A stretch of 64,000 nt of DNA, from assembly GCF_001677475.2 (NCBI RefSeq), contig NZ_CP015229.1; one strand, given 5' to 3'. This DNA comes from Escherichia coli (GTDB taxonomy: Bacteria; Pseudomonadota; Gammaproteobacteria; Enterobacterales; Enterobacteriaceae). The translations under genes were made by a program, and so were the position numbers. Positions 11,588 to 24,601 of the stretch are shown in pieces. How positions within the stretch are numbered: the first letter of the stretch is position 1; every line of letters begins with the position of its first letter. The notes under the pieces are model-generated. The model saw nothing but the letters and a program-made list of their open reading frames with translations. It was not told the origin of the DNA and searched no databases.

Positions 11588-12877
11588 ATGGAAACGACTC
11601 AAACCAGCACGATTGCGTCGAAAGACTCTCGTAGTGCCTGGCGCAAGACAGACACCATGTGGATGCTGGGCCTTTACGGCACGGCAATCGGCGCGGGCGT
11701 GCTGTTCCTGCCAATCAACGCCGGTGTTGGCGGTATGATCCCGCTGATCATCATGGCTATCCTTGCGTTCCCGATGACATTTTTTGCACACCGCGGCCTG
11801 ACTCGCTTCGTACTGTCTGGTAAAAACCCAGGCGAAGACATCACCGAGGTTGTAGAAGAACACTTTGGTATTGGCGCAGGTAAACTGATTACCCTGCTCT
11901 ACTTCTTCGCTATCTACCCGATCCTGCTGGTTTATAGCGTGGCAATCACCAATACAGTTGAAAGCTTCATGTCTCACCAGCTGGGTATGACACCACCGCC
12001 GCGTGCGATTCTGTCGCTGATCCTGATCGTGGGTATGATGACCATCGTTCGCTTCGGTGAGCAGATGATCGTTAAAGCGATGAGTATTCTGGTATTCCCG
12101 TTTGTTGGCGTACTGATGCTGCTGGCTCTGTACCTGATCCCGCAGTGGAACGGCGCAGCACTGGAAACGCTGTCTCTGGACACTGCATCGGCAACCGGAA
12201 ACGGTCTGTGGATGACCCTGTGGCTGGCAATTCCGGTAATGGTGTTCTCGTTCAACCACTCTCCGATCATCTCTTCTTTCGCTGTTGCGAAGCGTGAAGA
12301 GTACGGCGATATGGCAGAACAGAAATGCTCGAAGATCCTGGCATTCGCACACATCATGATGGTGCTGACCGTAATGTTCTTCGTCTTCAGCTGCGTACTG
12401 AGCCTGACTCCGGCAGACCTGGCTGCGGCTAAAGAGCAGAACATCTCGATTCTGTCTTACCTGGCTAACCACTTTAACGCACCGGTTATCGCGTGGATGG
12501 CTCCGATTATCGCGATTATCGCTATCACCAAATCCTTCCTCGGCCACTACCTGGGCGCACGTGAAGGCTTCAACGGTATGGTGATTAAATCTCTGCGTGG
12601 TAAAGGTAAGTCTATCGAAATCAACAAGCTGAACCGTATCACTGCGCTGTTCATGCTGGTAACGACCTGGATTGTTGCCACCCTGAACCCGAGCATCCTG
12701 GGTATGATTGAAACCTTGGGCGGCCCAATCATCGCGATGATCCTGTTCCTGATGCCGATGTACGCAATCCAGAAAGTACCGGCAATGCGTAAGTACAGCG
12801 GTCACATCAGCAACGTATTCGTTGTCGTGATGGGTCTGATTGCAATCTCCGCAATCTTCTACTCTCTGTTCAGCTAA
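11588..12877 (+). CDS. sdaC: Serine:H+ symporter, 429 aa
   Basis: ORF 11588..12877; multi-TM HAAAP-family transporter; RBS ccaggaga upstream. Confidence 0.93.
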   Translation: METTQTSTIASKDSRSAWRKTDTMWMLGLYGTAIGAGVLFLPINAGVGGMIPLIIMAILAFPMTFFAHRGLTRFVLSGKNPGEDITEVVEEHFGIGAGKLITLLYFFAIYPILLVYSVAITNTVESFMSHQLGMTPPPRAILSLILIVGMMTIVRFGEQMIVKAMSILVFPFVGVLMLLALYLIPQWNGAALETLSLDTASATGNGLWMTLWLAIPVMVFSFNHSPIISSFAVAKREEYGDMAEQKCSKILAFAHIMMVLTVMFFVFSCVLSLTPADLAAAKEQNISILSYLANHFNAPVIAWMAPIIAIIAITKSFLGHYLGAREGFNGMVIKSLRGKGKSIEINKLNRITALFMLVTTWIVATLNPSILGMIETLGGPIIAMILFLMPMYAIQKVPAMRKYSGHISNVFVVVMGLIAISAIFYSLFS

Positions 12878-12934
12878 GTCCTTTCGCGCCGCTTTCGGGC
12901 GGCGCTTCCTCCGTTTTAACGCGATGTATTTCCT

Positions 12935-14302
12935 ATGATTAGCGTATTCGATATTTTCAAAATCGGCATTGGCCCTTCCAGTTCTCATACCGTTGGACCA
13001 ATGAAAGCGGGTAAACAATTTACCGACGATCTGATTGCCCGTAACCTGCTTAAAGACGTGACCCGCGTGGTGGTTGATGTGTACGGCTCGCTCTCTCTGA
13101 CCGGTAAAGGCCACCACACTGATATCGCCATAATTATGGGTCTGGCGGGTAACCTGCCGGATACCGTGGATATCGATTCCATCCCTGGTTTTATTCAGGA
13201 TGTGAATACTCATGGTCGCCTGATGCTGGCAAACGGTCAGCATGAAGTGGAGTTCCCGGTTGATCAGTGCATGAACTTCCATGCCGACAACCTTTCTCTG
13301 CATGAAAACGGTATGCGCATTACCGCGCTGGCGGGCGATAAAGTCGTTTACAGCCAGACTTATTACTCTATCGGCGGTGGCTTTATTGTTGATGAAGAAC
13401 ATTTTGGTCAGCAGGATAGCGCACCGGTTGAAGTTCCTTATCCGTACAGTTCAGCAGCCGATCTGCAAAAACATTGTCAGGAAACCGGGCTGTCACTCTC
13501 TGGCCTGATGATGAAAAACGAGCTGGCGCTGCACAGCAAAGAAGAGCTGGAACAGCACCTGTCGAACGTCTGGGAAGTCATGCGTGGCGGTATTGAGCGC
13601 GGTATTTCTACCGAAGGCGTGTTGCCTGGCAAACTGCGCGTTCCGCGCCGTGCTGCGGCACTACGCCGGATGCTGGTCAGCCAGGATAAAACCACCACTG
13701 ACCCGATGGCGGTAGTTGACTGGATCAACATGTTTGCACTGGCAGTGAACGAAGAGAACGCTGCTGGCGGTCGCGTGGTGACTGCGCCGACTAACGGTGC
13801 GTGCGGGATTATCCCGGCTGTGCTGGCGTACTACGATAAGTTTATCCGCGAAGTGAACGCTAACTCTCTAGCTCGTTACCTGCTGGTAGCCAGCGCCATT
13901 GGTTCTCTTTATAAGATGAACGCGTCAATTTCTGGTGCCGAAGTGGGTTGCCAGGGTGAAGTTGGTGTGGCGTGCTCTATGGCGGCAGCTGGTCTGGCAG
14001 AACTGTTAGGCGCAAGCCCGGCGCAGGTGTGCATCGCAGCGGAGATCGCCATGGAGCACAACCTCGGTCTGACGTGTGACCCGGTCGCGGGGCAGGTTCA
14101 AGTGCCATGCATCGAGCGTAACGCCATTGCGGCAGTGAAAGCGGTGAATGCTGCACGTATGGCGCTGCGCCGTACCAGCGAGCCGCGCGTCTGCCTCGAT
14201 AAAGTTATCGAAACCATGTACGAAACAGGTAAAGATATGAACGCCAAGTACCGCGAAACCTCTCGCGGCGGCCTGGCAATGAAGATCGTTGCCTGCGATT
14301 AA
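12935..14302 (+). CDS. sdaB: L-serine deaminase II (Fe-S L-serine dehydratase), 455 aa
   Basis: ORF 12935..14302; N-terminus MISVFDIFKIGIGPSSSHTVGPM typical of Fe-S serine dehydratases. Confidence 0.93.
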   Translation: MISVFDIFKIGIGPSSSHTVGPMKAGKQFTDDLIARNLLKDVTRVVVDVYGSLSLTGKGHHTDIAIIMGLAGNLPDTVDIDSIPGFIQDVNTHGRLMLANGQHEVEFPVDQCMNFHADNLSLHENGMRITALAGDKVVYSQTYYSIGGGFIVDEEHFGQQDSAPVEVPYPYSSAADLQKHCQETGLSLSGLMMKNELALHSKEELEQHLSNVWEVMRGGIERGISTEGVLPGKLRVPRRAAALRRMLVSQDKTTTDPMAVVDWINMFALAVNEENAAGGRVVTAPTNGACGIIPAVLAYYDKFIREVNANSLARYLLVASAIGSLYKMNASISGAEVGCQGEVGVACSMAAAGLAELLGASPAQVCIAAEIAMEHNLGLTCDPVAGQVQVPCIERNAIAAVKAVNAARMALRRTSEPRVCLDKVIETMYETGKDMNAKYRETSRGGLAMKIVACD

Positions 14303-15169
<867 letters not shown>

Positions 15170-15171
15170 CG

Positions 15172-15206
15172 GCGTGCCGGATACGGCGCAAACGTCGTAT
15201 CCGGCA
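15172..15206. repeat. REP-like palindromic unit between xni and fucO
   Basis: gccggatacggcgcaaacgtcgtatccggc. Confidence 0.65.
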
Positions 15207-15223
15207 TTATCACATCAGCGCAT

Positions 15224-16372
15224 TTACCAGGCTGTATGGTAAAGCTCTACAATATCCTCAAGCGTTGCTTCACGCGGGTTGCCACCGGTACAAACATCAT
15301 CCAGTGCCGCCTGCGCCAGTGCCGGAATATCTTCCTTGCGTACACCAACATCACGCAAATGTGGCGGAATACCGACATCACGGTTGAGAGCAAACACCGC
15401 TTCAACAGCGGCATTACGCGCCTCTTCCAGGCTCATACCTTCCACTTTCACGCCCATAACGCGCGCGATATCGCGGTACTTCTCACCGGTAAAGTCAGCG
15501 TTATAGCGCATGACATGCGGTAGCAGGATGGCGTTTGCAACACCGTGTGGAGTGTTATAAAACGCGCCCAATGGATGCGCCATACCATGCACCAACCCTA
15601 ACCCAACATTCGAGAAGCCCATACCCGCAACATACTGCCCGAGCGCCATTTCTTCTCCGGCATCCTTATCACCAGCAACCGATCCTCGCAGCGCCCCAGC
15701 AATGATTTCAATCGCTTTAATGTGCAGCGCATCGGTTAGCGCCCACGCGCCACGGGTAATATACCCCTCAATAGCATGAGTGAGCGCATCGACACCCGTC
15801 GCGGCTTTCAGCGCTGGAGGCATACCATCCATCATGTCAGCGTCAATAAACGCCACCTGCGGGATATCATGCGGATCAACGCAAACAAACTTGCGCCGTT
15901 TCTCTTCGTCAGTGATCACGTAGTTAATGGTCACTTCTGCCGCAGTGCCTGCTGTGGTGGGGATTGCCAGAATCGGTACACTGGGTTTATTGGTCGGGGA
16001 AAGCCCTTCCAGGCTACGCACATCGGCAAACTCCGGGTTGTTGCTGATAATGCCAATCGCTTTACAAGTATCCTGTGGAGAACCACCACCAATAGCGATC
16101 AGGTAATCCGCGCCGCTATTCTGGAATACACCGAGCCCTTCTTTGACGACAGTAATTGTTGGGTTGGGCACTACGCCGTCGTAAATCGCCCATGCCAGCC
16201 CTTCAGCATCCATCTTATCGGTCACTTTCGCCACCACGCCGCATTGCACCAGCGTTTTATCGGTGACGATCAGCGCCTTCTGATAACCACGGCGTTTCAC
16301 CTCATCGGTTAAAGCCCCAACAGCACCCCGACCAAACCATGCCGTTTCGTTCAGAATCATTCTGTTAGCCAT
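15224..16372 (-). CDS. fucO: L-1,2-propanediol oxidoreductase (lactaldehyde reductase), 382 aa
   Basis: ORF 15224..16375; iron-containing alcohol dehydrogenase family; start taken at second Met (MANRMILNE). Confidence 0.93.
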   Translation of the reverse strand: MANRMILNETAWFGRGAVGALTDEVKRRGYQKALIVTDKTLVQCGVVAKVTDKMDAEGLAWAIYDGVVPNPTITVVKEGLGVFQNSGADYLIAIGGGSPQDTCKAIGIISNNPEFADVRSLEGLSPTNKPSVPILAIPTTAGTAAEVTINYVITDEEKRRKFVCVDPHDIPQVAFIDADMMDGMPPALKAATGVDALTHAIEGYITRGAWALTDALHIKAIEIIAGALRGSVAGDKDAGEEMALGQYVAGMGFSNVGLGLVHGMAHPLGAFYNTPHGVANAILLPHVMRYNADFTGEKYRDIARVMGVKVEGMSLEEARNAAVEAVFALNRDVGIPPHLRDVGVRKEDIPALAQAALDDVCTGGNPREATLEDIVELYHTAW

Positions 16373-16399
16373 CATCCTTCTCCTTGTTGCTTTACGAAA

Positions 16400-17047
16400 T
16401 TACTCTTCAATCCGTAACCCATAGGTTTTGAATTTCTCCAGCACTACGGCAATCTCTTCATCGCTCAGCACTGGCACCGGGTCCGTAATCGCCAGGGTCG
16501 TCAGGTAAAGTTGCGCCAGCACTTCAACTTCATGCGCCAGCCATAACGCTTTTTCCAGATTAACCTCACAAGCGATAAGCCCATGATGTTGTAACAAAGT
16601 TGCCTTACGATTTTTGAGAGCCAGCGCAACATGTTCAGAAAGTTCGCGTGTTCCAAAGGTCGCATAAGGCGCGCAAGGAATAGAATTACCGCCAGCCGCC
16701 GCAATCATGTAGTGAATAGCGGGGATCGGTCGGTTAAGAATGGAAACTGCCGTGCAATGAACGGCATGATTGTGAACAACCGCGTTGGCATCTGGTCTGC
16801 TTTGATAGGCCGCCATATGGAAACGCCACTCGCTTGAGGGGAGCTTTCCTTCCTCATGTTTACCGTTGCCATCAATAAAGACAATATGCGACTCCGTCAG
16901 TTTTTCATATGGAATGCCTGTAGGCGTAATCAGCATCCCATCCTGATAACGTACACTGACGTTACCCGCTGTCCCCTGGTTCAGTCCCAGGCGGGTCATT
17001 TCCAGGCAAGTGTCAATAATCTGACGAGCAAGTTTATTTCGTTCCAT
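16400..17047 (-). CDS. fucA: L-fuculose-1-phosphate aldolase, 215 aa
   Basis: ORF 16400..17047; class II aldolase; upstream of fucO in same orientation. Confidence 0.93.
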   Translation of the reverse strand: MERNKLARQIIDTCLEMTRLGLNQGTAGNVSVRYQDGMLITPTGIPYEKLTESHIVFIDGNGKHEEGKLPSSEWRFHMAAYQSRPDANAVVHNHAVHCTAVSILNRPIPAIHYMIAAAGGNSIPCAPYATFGTRELSEHVALALKNRKATLLQHHGLIACEVNLEKALWLAHEVEVLAQLYLTTLAITDPVPVLSDEEIAVVLEKFKTYGLRIEE

Positions 17048-17593
17048 TAGCTACCTCTCTCTGATTCAAAACAGGGCAATAATGTTGTTCCTTTCACACT
17101 ATTGAATTAGCCGTTTAATTACCCACCATCTTCTTCCTGATTAACAAGAAAGAAATTTACAAGCTTATATTTTGTGACCTGGTTCAACTAATCACAGTAA
17201 ATAACTGCAAGTTCTCTTTTTATAACCCAATTAAAAATGACCGCTCTTAAAAATATTTATCAAAACGGTCATTTTTCTATTCACCCAAGCCAGGAATGCC
17301 CGTTTTCGGCATAAACAATTAATACGGTCATCGGGTTTGTGTTTTTTATGATTTATTTTCTGAAACGGGCATGAAATTTCGATTATTAAAGTGATGGTAG
17401 TCACATAAAGTCACCTCCCAGCTAATAAGTGTGACCGCCGTCATATTACAGAGCGTTTTTTATTTGAAAATGAATCCATGAGTTCATTTCTGACAGGCAA
17501 ATATTCACTGATATGAAGCCCGAACTCGCTGGTTTTGCACTTTTGAAAACATAACCGATTACGTGCTTAAGCTTCTGAACCTAAGAGGATGCT
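17048..17593. promoter_or_regulatory. Divergent fucAO / fucPIKUR control region (FucR- and CRP-dependent promoters expected)
   Basis: 546-bp AT-rich non-coding spacer between divergent fucA and fucP; individual binding sites not resolved. Confidence 0.6.
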
Positions 17594-18910
17594 ATGGGAA
17601 ACACATCAATACAAACGCAGAGTTACCGTGCGGTAGATAAAGATGCAGGGCAAAGCAGAAGTTACATTATTCCATTCGCGCTGCTGTGCTCACTGTTTTT
17701 TCTTTGGGCGGTAGCCAATAACCTTAACGACATTTTATTACCTCAATTCCAGCAGGCTTTTACGCTGACAAATTTCCAGGCTGGCCTGATCCAATCGGCC
17801 TTTTACTTTGGTTATTTCATTATCCCAATCCCTGCCGGGATATTGATGAAAAAACTCAGTTATAAAGCAGGGATTATTACCGGATTATTTTTATATGCCT
17901 TGGGCGCTGCATTATTCTGGCCCGCTGCAGAAATAATGAACTACACCTTATTTTTAGTTGGCCTATTTATTATTGCAGCCGGATTAGGTTGTCTGGAAAC
18001 TGCCGCAAACCCTTTTGTTACGGTATTAGGGCCGGAAAGCAGTGGTCACTTCCGCTTAAATCTTGCGCAAACATTTAACTCGTTTGGCGCAATTATCGCG
18101 GTTGTCTTTGGACAAAGTCTTATTTTGTCTAACGTGCCACATCAATCGCAAGACGTTCTCGATAAAATGTCTCCAGAGCAATTGAGTGCGTATAAACACA
18201 GCCTGGTATTATCGGTACAGACACCTTATATGATCATCGTGGCTATCGTGTTACTGGTCGCCCTGCTGATCATGCTGACGAAATTCCCAGCATTGCAGAG
18301 TGATAATCACAGTGACGCCAAACAAGGATCGTTCTCCGCATCGCTTTCTCGCCTGGCGCGTATTCGTCACTGGCGCTGGGCGGTATTAGCGCAATTCTGC
18401 TATGTCGGCGCACAAACGGCCTGCTGGAGCTATTTGATTCGCTACGCTGTAGAAGAAATTCCAGGTATGACTGCAGGCTTTGCCGCTAACTATTTAACCG
18501 GAACCATGGTGTGCTTCTTTATTGGTCGTTTCACCGGTACCTGGCTCATCAGTCGCTTCGCACCACACAAAGTCCTGGCCGCCTACGCATTAATCGCTAT
18601 GGCACTGTGCCTGATCTCAGCCTTCGCTGGCGGTCATGTGGGCTTAATAGCCCTGACTTTATGCAGCGCCTTTATGTCGATTCAGTACCCAACAATCTTC
18701 TCGCTGGGCATTAAGAATCTCGGCCAGGACACCAAATACGGTTCGTCCTTCATCGTTATGACCATCATTGGCGGCGGTATTGTCACTCCGGTCATGGGTT
18801 TTGTCAGTGACGCGGCGGGCAACATCCCCACTGCTGAACTGATCCCCGCACTCTGCTTCGCGGTCATCTTTATCTTTGCCCGTTTCCGTTCTCAAACGGC
18901 AACTAACTGA
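17594..18910 (+). CDS. fucP: L-fucose:H+ symporter, 438 aa
   Basis: ORF 17594..18910; MFS transporter; RBS aagagga upstream. Confidence 0.93.
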   Translation: MGNTSIQTQSYRAVDKDAGQSRSYIIPFALLCSLFFLWAVANNLNDILLPQFQQAFTLTNFQAGLIQSAFYFGYFIIPIPAGILMKKLSYKAGIITGLFLYALGAALFWPAAEIMNYTLFLVGLFIIAAGLGCLETAANPFVTVLGPESSGHFRLNLAQTFNSFGAIIAVVFGQSLILSNVPHQSQDVLDKMSPEQLSAYKHSLVLSVQTPYMIIVAIVLLVALLIMLTKFPALQSDNHSDAKQGSFSASLSRLARIRHWRWAVLAQFCYVGAQTACWSYLIRYAVEEIPGMTAGFAANYLTGTMVCFFIGRFTGTWLISRFAPHKVLAAYALIAMALCLISAFAGGHVGLIALTLCSAFMSIQYPTIFSLGIKNLGQDTKYGSSFIVMTIIGGGIVTPVMGFVSDAAGNIPTAELIPALCFAVIFIFARFRSQTATN

Positions 18911-18942
18911 ACATATTTTCCGAATAAAGTGAGGAATCTGTA

Positions 18943-20718
18943 ATGAAAAAAATCAGCTTACCGAAAATTGGTATCCGCCCGGTTATTGACGGTCGTCGCA
19001 TGGGTGTTCGTGAGTCGCTTGAAGAACAAACAATGAATATGGCGAAAGCTACGGCCGCACTGCTGACCGAGAAACTGCGCCATGCCTGCGGAGCTGCCGT
19101 CGAGTGTGTCATTTCCGATACCTGTATCGCGGGTATGGCTGAAGCCGCTGCTTGCGAAGAAAAATTCAGCAGTCAGAATGTAGGCCTCACCATTACGGTA
19201 ACCCCTTGCTGGTGCTATGGCAGTGAAACCATCGACATGGATCCAACCCGCCCGAAAGCCATTTGGGGCTTTAACGGCACTGAACGCCCCGGTGCTGTTT
19301 ACCTGGCAGCGGCTCTGGCAGCTCACAGCCAGAAAGGCATCCCGGCATTCTCCATTTACGGTCATGACGTTCAGGATGCCGATGACACATCGATTCCTGC
19401 CGATGTTGAAGAAAAACTGCTGCGCTTTGCCCGCGCCGGTTTGGCCGTCGCCAGCATGAAAGGTAAAAGCTATCTGTCGCTGGGCGGCGTTTCGATGGGT
19501 ATCGCCGGTTCCATTGTTGATCACAACTTCTTTGAATCCTGGCTGGGAATGAAAGTCCAGGCGGTGGATATGACCGAACTGCGTCGCCGTATCGATCAGA
19601 AGATTTACGACGAAGCCGAACTGGAAATGGCGCTGGCCTGGGCTGATAAAAACTTCCGCTATGGCGAAGATGAAAATAACAAACAGTATCAACGCAATGC
19701 CGAGCAAAGCCGCGCAGTTCTGCGAGAAAGTTTACTGATGGCGATGTGTATCCGCGACATGATGCAAGGCAACAGCAAACTGGCCGATATTGGTCGCGTG
19801 GAAGAATCACTTGGCTACAACGCCATCGCTGCGGGCTTCCAGGGACAACGTCACTGGACCGATCAATATCCCAATGGCGACACCGCCGAAGCGATCCTTA
19901 ACAGTTCATTTGACTGGAATGGCGTGCGTGAACCCTTCGTCGTGGCGACCGAAAACGACAGTCTTAACGGCGTGGCAATGCTAATGGGCCACCAGCTCAC
20001 CGGTACCGCTCAGGTATTTGCCGATGTGCGTACCTACTGGTCACCAGAAGCAATTGAACGTGTAACGGGGCATAAACTGGATGGACTGGCAGAACACGGC
20101 ATCATCCATTTGATCAACTCCGGTTCTGCTGCGTTGGACGGTTCCTGTAAACAACGCGACAGCGAAGGTAACCCGACGATGAAGCCACACTGGGAAATCT
20201 CTCAGCAAGAGGCTGACGCTTGCCTCGCCGCTACCGAATGGTGCCCGGCGATCCACGAATACTTCCGTGGCGGCGGTTACTCTTCTCGCTTCCTTACCGA
20301 AGGCGGCGTCCCGTTCACTATGACTCGTGTCAACATCATCAAAGGCCTGGGACCGGTACTGCAAATCGCGGAAGGCTGGAGTGTTGAGTTACCGAAGGAT
20401 GTGCATGACATCCTCAACAAACGCACCAACTCAACCTGGCCAACCACCTGGTTTGCACCACGTCTCACCGGTAAAGGGCCGTTTACGGATGTGTACTCGG
20501 TAATGGCGAACTGGGGCGCTAACCACGGGGTTCTGACCATCGGCCACGTTGGCGCAGACTTTATCACTCTCGCCTCCATGCTGCGTATCCCGGTATGTAT
20601 GCACAACGTTGAAGAGACCAAAGTGTATCGTCCTTCTGCCTGGGCCGCGCACGGCATGGATATTGAAGGCCAGGATTATCGCGCTTGCCAGAACTACGGC
20701 CCGTTGTACAAGCGTTAA
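18943..20718 (+). CDS. fucI: L-fucose isomerase, 591 aa
   Basis: ORF 18943..20718; matches E. coli FucI length and N-terminus [19 protein letters not shown]. Confidence 0.94.
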   Translation: MKKISLPKIGIRPVIDGRRMGVRESLEEQTMNMAKATAALLTEKLRHACGAAVECVISDTCIAGMAEAAACEEKFSSQNVGLTITVTPCWCYGSETIDMDPTRPKAIWGFNGTERPGAVYLAAALAAHSQKGIPAFSIYGHDVQDADDTSIPADVEEKLLRFARAGLAVASMKGKSYLSLGGVSMGIAGSIVDHNFFESWLGMKVQAVDMTELRRRIDQKIYDEAELEMALAWADKNFRYGEDENNKQYQRNAEQSRAVLRESLLMAMCIRDMMQGNSKLADIGRVEESLGYNAIAAGFQGQRHWTDQYPNGDTAEAILNSSFDWNGVREPFVVATENDSLNGVAMLMGHQLTGTAQVFADVRTYWSPEAIERVTGHKLDGLAEHGIIHLINSGSAALDGSCKQRDSEGNPTMKPHWEISQQEADACLAATEWCPAIHEYFRGGGYSSRFLTEGGVPFTMTRVNIIKGLGPVLQIAEGWSVELPKDVHDILNKRTNSTWPTTWFAPRLTGKGPFTDVYSVMANWGANHGVLTIGHVGADFITLASMLRIPVCMHNVEETKVYRPSAWAAHGMDIEGQDYRACQNYGPLYKR

Positions 20719-20730
20719 TACATTACTCCC

Positions 20731-20809
20731 TGATGTGATGCCCGGTCGCTCCGGCTATCGGGCCTGAACAAGCAAGAGTGGTTAGCCGGATAAGCAATGT
20801 TATCCGGCT
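20731..20809. repeat. REP-like inverted repeats between fucI and fucK
   Basis: gcccggtcgctccggctatcgggc and perfect palindrome agccggataa-gcaatg-ttatccggct. Confidence 0.55.
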
Positions 20810-20826
20810 ATATTGCAGGAGCGATT

Positions 20827-22245
20827 ATGAAACAAGAAGTTATCCTGGTACTCGACTGTGGCGCGACCAATGTCAGGGCCATCGCGGTTAATCGGCAGGG
20901 AAAAATTGTTGCCCGCGCCTCAACGCCTAATGCCAGCGATATCGCGATGGAAAACAACACCTGGCACCAGTGGTCTTTAGACGCCATTTTGCAACGCTTT
21001 GCTGATTGCTGTCGGCAAATCAATAGTGAACTGACTGATTGCCACATCCGCGGTATCGCCGTCACCACCTTTGGTGTGGATGGCGCTCTGGTAGATAAGC
21101 AAGGCAATCTGCTCTATCCGATCATTAGCTGGAAATGTCCGCGAACAGCAGCGGTAATGGACAATATTGAACGGTTGATCTCCGCACAGCAGTTGCAGAC
21201 TATTTCTGGTGTCGGAGCCTTTAGTTTCAATACGTTATATAAATTGGTGTGGTTGAAAGAAAATTATCCACAACTGCTGGAACGCGCGCACGCCTGGCTC
21301 TTTATTTCGTCGCTGATTAACCACCGTTTAACCGGCGAATTCACTACTGATATCACGATGGCCGGAACCAGCCAGATGCTGGATATCCAGCAACGCGATT
21401 TCAGTCCGCAAATTTTACACGCCACCGGTATTCCACGCCGACTCTTCCCTCGTCTGGTGGAAGCGGGTGAACAGATTGGTACGTTACAGAACAGCGCCGC
21501 AGCAATGCTCGGCTTACCCGTTGGCATACCGGTGATTTCCGCAGGTCACGATACCCAGTTCGCCCTTTTTGGCGCTGGTGCCGAACAAAATGAACCCGTG
21601 CTCTCTTCCGGTACATGGGAAATTTTAATGGTCCGTAGCGCCCAGGTTGATACTTCGCTGTTAAGTCAGTACGCCGGTTCTACCTGCGAGCTGGATAGCC
21701 AGGCAGGGTTGTATAACCCAGGTATGCAATGGCTGGCATCCGGCGTGCTGGAATGGGTGAGAAAACTGTTCTGGACGGCTGAAACTCCCTGGCAAATATT
21801 GATTGAAGAAGCTCGCCTGATCGCGCCTGGCGCAGATGGAGTGAAAATGCAGTGTGATTTATTGTCGTGCCAGAACGCTGGCTGGCAAGGAGTGACGCTT
21901 AATACCACGCGGGGGCATTTCTATCGCGCGGCGCTGGAAGGGTTAACCACGCAATTACAGCGCAATCTACAGATGCTGGAAAAAATCGGGCACTTTAAAG
22001 CCTCTGAATTATTGTTAGTCGGCGGAGGAAGTCGCAACACATTGTGGAATCAGATTAAAGCCAATATGCTTGATATTCCGGTAAAAGTTCTCGACGATGC
22101 CGAAACGACCGTCGCAGGAGCTGCGCTGTTCGGTTGGTATGGCGTAGGGGAATTTAACAGCCCGGAAGAAGCCCGCGCGCAGATTCATTATCAGTACCGT
22201 TATTTCTACCCGCAAACTGAACCTGAATTTATAGAGGAAGTGTGA
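20827..22245 (+). CDS. fucK: L-fuculokinase, 472 aa
   Basis: ORF 20797..22245; FGGY sugar kinase; start placed at ATG 20827 after gcaggag RBS (longer ORF start 20797 also possible). Confidence 0.9.
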
Positions 22246-22246
22246 A

Positions 22247-22660
22247 ATGCTGAAAACAATTTCGCCGTTAATTTCTCCCGAACTATTGAAAGTGCTGGCA
22301 GAGATGGGGCATGGAGATGAAATTATTTTTTCCGATGCTCACTTTCCCGCCCATTCGATGGGACCGCAGGTGATCCGCGCTGATGGCCTGTTGGTGAGCG
22401 ACTTGCTCCAGGCGATTATCCCGTTATTTGAGCTGGACAGTTATGCACCACCGCTGGTGATGATGGCGGCGGTAGAAGGTGACACTCTCGATCCTGAAGT
22501 AGAACGACGTTATCGTAATGCGCTTTCACTACAAGCCCCCTGTCCTGACATCATCCGCATCAATCGTTTTGCGTTTTATGAACGGGCGCAAAAAGCCTTT
22601 GCGATCGTTATCACAGGCGAACGAGCGAAGTACGGGAATATTCTTTTAAAAAAGGGGTAA
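22247..22660 (+). CDS. fucU: L-fucose mutarotase (RbsD/FucU family), 137 aa as encoded here
   Basis: ORF 22247..22660; matches FucU; ends ...ILLKKG* at an A6 tract, 3 codons short of the 140-aa form I recall. Confidence 0.88.
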
Positions 22661-22725
22661 CACCGTAATCTCATACCGGTACGCCCGCATGACGCGGGCG
22701 GTTATCGAATGATGGGGTGAAAAAT

Positions 22726-23457
22726 ATGAAAGCGGCACGCCAGCAAGCGATAGTCGACCTGCTGCTGAACCATACCAGCCTGACCACGGAAGCTCTCTCT
22801 GAACAGCTAAAGGTCAGTAAAGAAACCATTCGTCGCGATCTCAATGAATTACAGACGCAGGGTAAAATTCTGCGCAATCATGGGCGCGCTAAATATATCC
22901 ACCGTCAAAATCAAGACAGTGGCGATCCCTTTCACATCCGGCTGAAAAGCCATTATGCGCATAAAGCAGATATCGCGCGCGAGGCGCTCGCGTGGATTGA
23001 AGAAGGGATGGTAATAGCCTTAGACGCAAGTTCAACCTGCTGGTATCTGGCACGCCAGTTGCCTGACATCAACATCCAGGTCTTCACCAATAGCCATCCG
23101 ATTTGCCATGAACTCGGTAAACGCGAACGCATTCAACTGATCAGTTCCGGCGGCACACTTGAGCGCAAATATGGTTGTTACGTCAATCCCTCTCTGATTT
23201 CCCAGCTTAAATCGCTGGAAATCGATCTGTTTATTTTTTCTTGTGAAGGGATCGATAGCAGCGGCGCACTGTGGGACTCCAATGCGATCAACGCTGATTA
23301 CAAATCAATGCTATTAAAACGTGCCGCGCAATCGTTGTTATTGATTGATAAAAGTAAATTTAATCGTTCAGGGGAAGCCCGCATCGGGCATCTGGATGAG
23401 GTCACGCACATTATTTCTGATGAGCGCCAGGTTGCGGCTTCTTTGGTAACAGCCTGA
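22726..23457 (+). CDS. fucR: L-fucose operon activator (DeoR family), 243 aa
   Basis: ORF 22717..23457; DeoR-type HTH N-terminus; start at MKAARQQ (22726). Confidence 0.9.
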   Translation: MKAARQQAIVDLLLNHTSLTTEALSEQLKVSKETIRRDLNELQTQGKILRNHGRAKYIHRQNQDSGDPFHIRLKSHYAHKADIAREALAWIEEGMVIALDASSTCWYLARQLPDINIQVFTNSHPICHELGKRERIQLISSGGTLERKYGCYVNPSLISQLKSLEIDLFIFSCEGIDSSGALWDSNAINADYKSMLLKRAAQSLLLIDKSKFNRSGEARIGHLDEVTHIISDERQVAASLVTA

Positions 23458-23500
23458 CGGAAAGGATAGCAGGCCGGAGACGACGCCCCGGCCTTGCCTG

Positions 23501-24601
23501 TTATCGCTCGTCGCGACGACCACCCACAGCAGCCCAGATACGGCGGACGTGCACCGTCACTTCTTCGCGATCGTGATACAACTGCCGCGCCTGAATCTGA
23601 GCATTTATGCCATGTTCATCAAGCTGTGCCTGAATATACGCCAGATTGTGTGACACTTCTTCATAGCGTTTTTTCATCGGCAGTTTGAGGTTGAAAATGG
23701 TTTCACGGCACCAGCCATTAACCAGCCACTGCGCCATCAATGCCGCAACTTTCGCCGGTTTTTCAACCATATCGCATACCATCCAGGAGATATTGCTGCG
23801 TGTCGGACGGAATTTGAAACCGTCTTCCCGCAGCCACGTCACCTGCCCGGTATCCATCAGACTTTGCGCCATCGGGCCGTTGTCGACGGAATAAACCCAC
23901 ATGTTGCGCTTTACCAGTTGGTAGGTCCAGCCGCCTGGGCAAGCGCCCAAATCCACCGCCCACATCCCGTTCGCCAGGCGTTCATCCCACTCATCCACAG
24001 GAATAAACACATGAAATGCCTCTTCCAGTTTGAGCGTGGAACGACTCGGCGCATCTGCCGGAAATTTCAGGCGCGGAATGCCCATATAGAACGGCGAATT
24101 ATTGTTGCTGTATGAGTAACCGGTATAGCAGCAACCTGGGGCAATAAAGAATACATGCACAACCGGACGCTTCGGCGTTTCATAGTTCGCCAGCACCCCG
24201 GCATCGCGCAAGGCAGCGCGTAGCGGCACGGTGAATTTACGGCAGAATTTCAGCAACTCTTTGCTTTCGTTGGTATCGGCAACTTCAACACGCAGTTCAC
24301 CGCCCTTCTCTACTACACCCTGTAACATGCCGACAATGGGGGTAATACGATCTTCTGGCGGCAAATGCTGCAGGAGTTCCCCCACCACAAACCACTGGCG
24401 GGCAAAAATTAATGAACTGAACGGCAGCTCACGGATTAACTTATCGCCATCATCAGGTTGATAACATTCATAAATGACATAACCCGCATTCTCTTTCACG
24501 CGGGCAAAACCGAAAATTTCCCGCTGGCCGGCTTTATCGGTAATTTCTGCGGCGCACTCTTTTTCAAAGCCCGGACGGCACAGCAATACAACCTTATTCA
24601 T
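23501..24601 (-). CDS. rlmM: 23S rRNA 2'-O-ribose C2498 methyltransferase, 366 aa
   Basis: ORF 23501..24601; SAM-dependent MTase; matches E. coli RlmM length/context. Confidence 0.9.
   Translation of the reverse strand: MNKVVLLCRPGFEKECAAEITDKAGQREIFGFARVKENAGYVIYECYQPDDGDKLIRELPFSSLIFARQWFVVGELLQHLPPEDRITPIVGMLQGVVEKGGELRVEVADTNESKELLKFCRKFTVPLRAALRDAGVLANYETPKRPVVHVFFIAPGCCYTGYSYSNNNSPFYMGIPRLKFPADAPSRSTLKLEEAFHVFIPVDEWDERLANGMWAVDLGACPGGWTYQLVKRNMWVYSVDNGPMAQSLMDTGQVTWLREDGFKFRPTRSNISWMVCDMVEKPAKVAALMAQWLVNGWCRETIFNLKLPMKKRYEEVSHNLAYIQAQLDEHGINAQIQARQLYHDREEVTVHVRRIWAAVGGRRDER

Noticed and set aside
11561-13402. 613-aa ORF on the minus strand spanning sdaC and sdaB
   Set aside because: Entirely antisense to two well-supported genes; composition is His/Arg/Cys/Gln-rich and low-complexity; no RBS; a typical shadow ORF of a highly expressed, codon-biased sense strand.
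18958-19810. Minus-strand ORFs of 249 aa and 179 aa inside fucI
   Set aside because: Antisense to fucI, no independent support.
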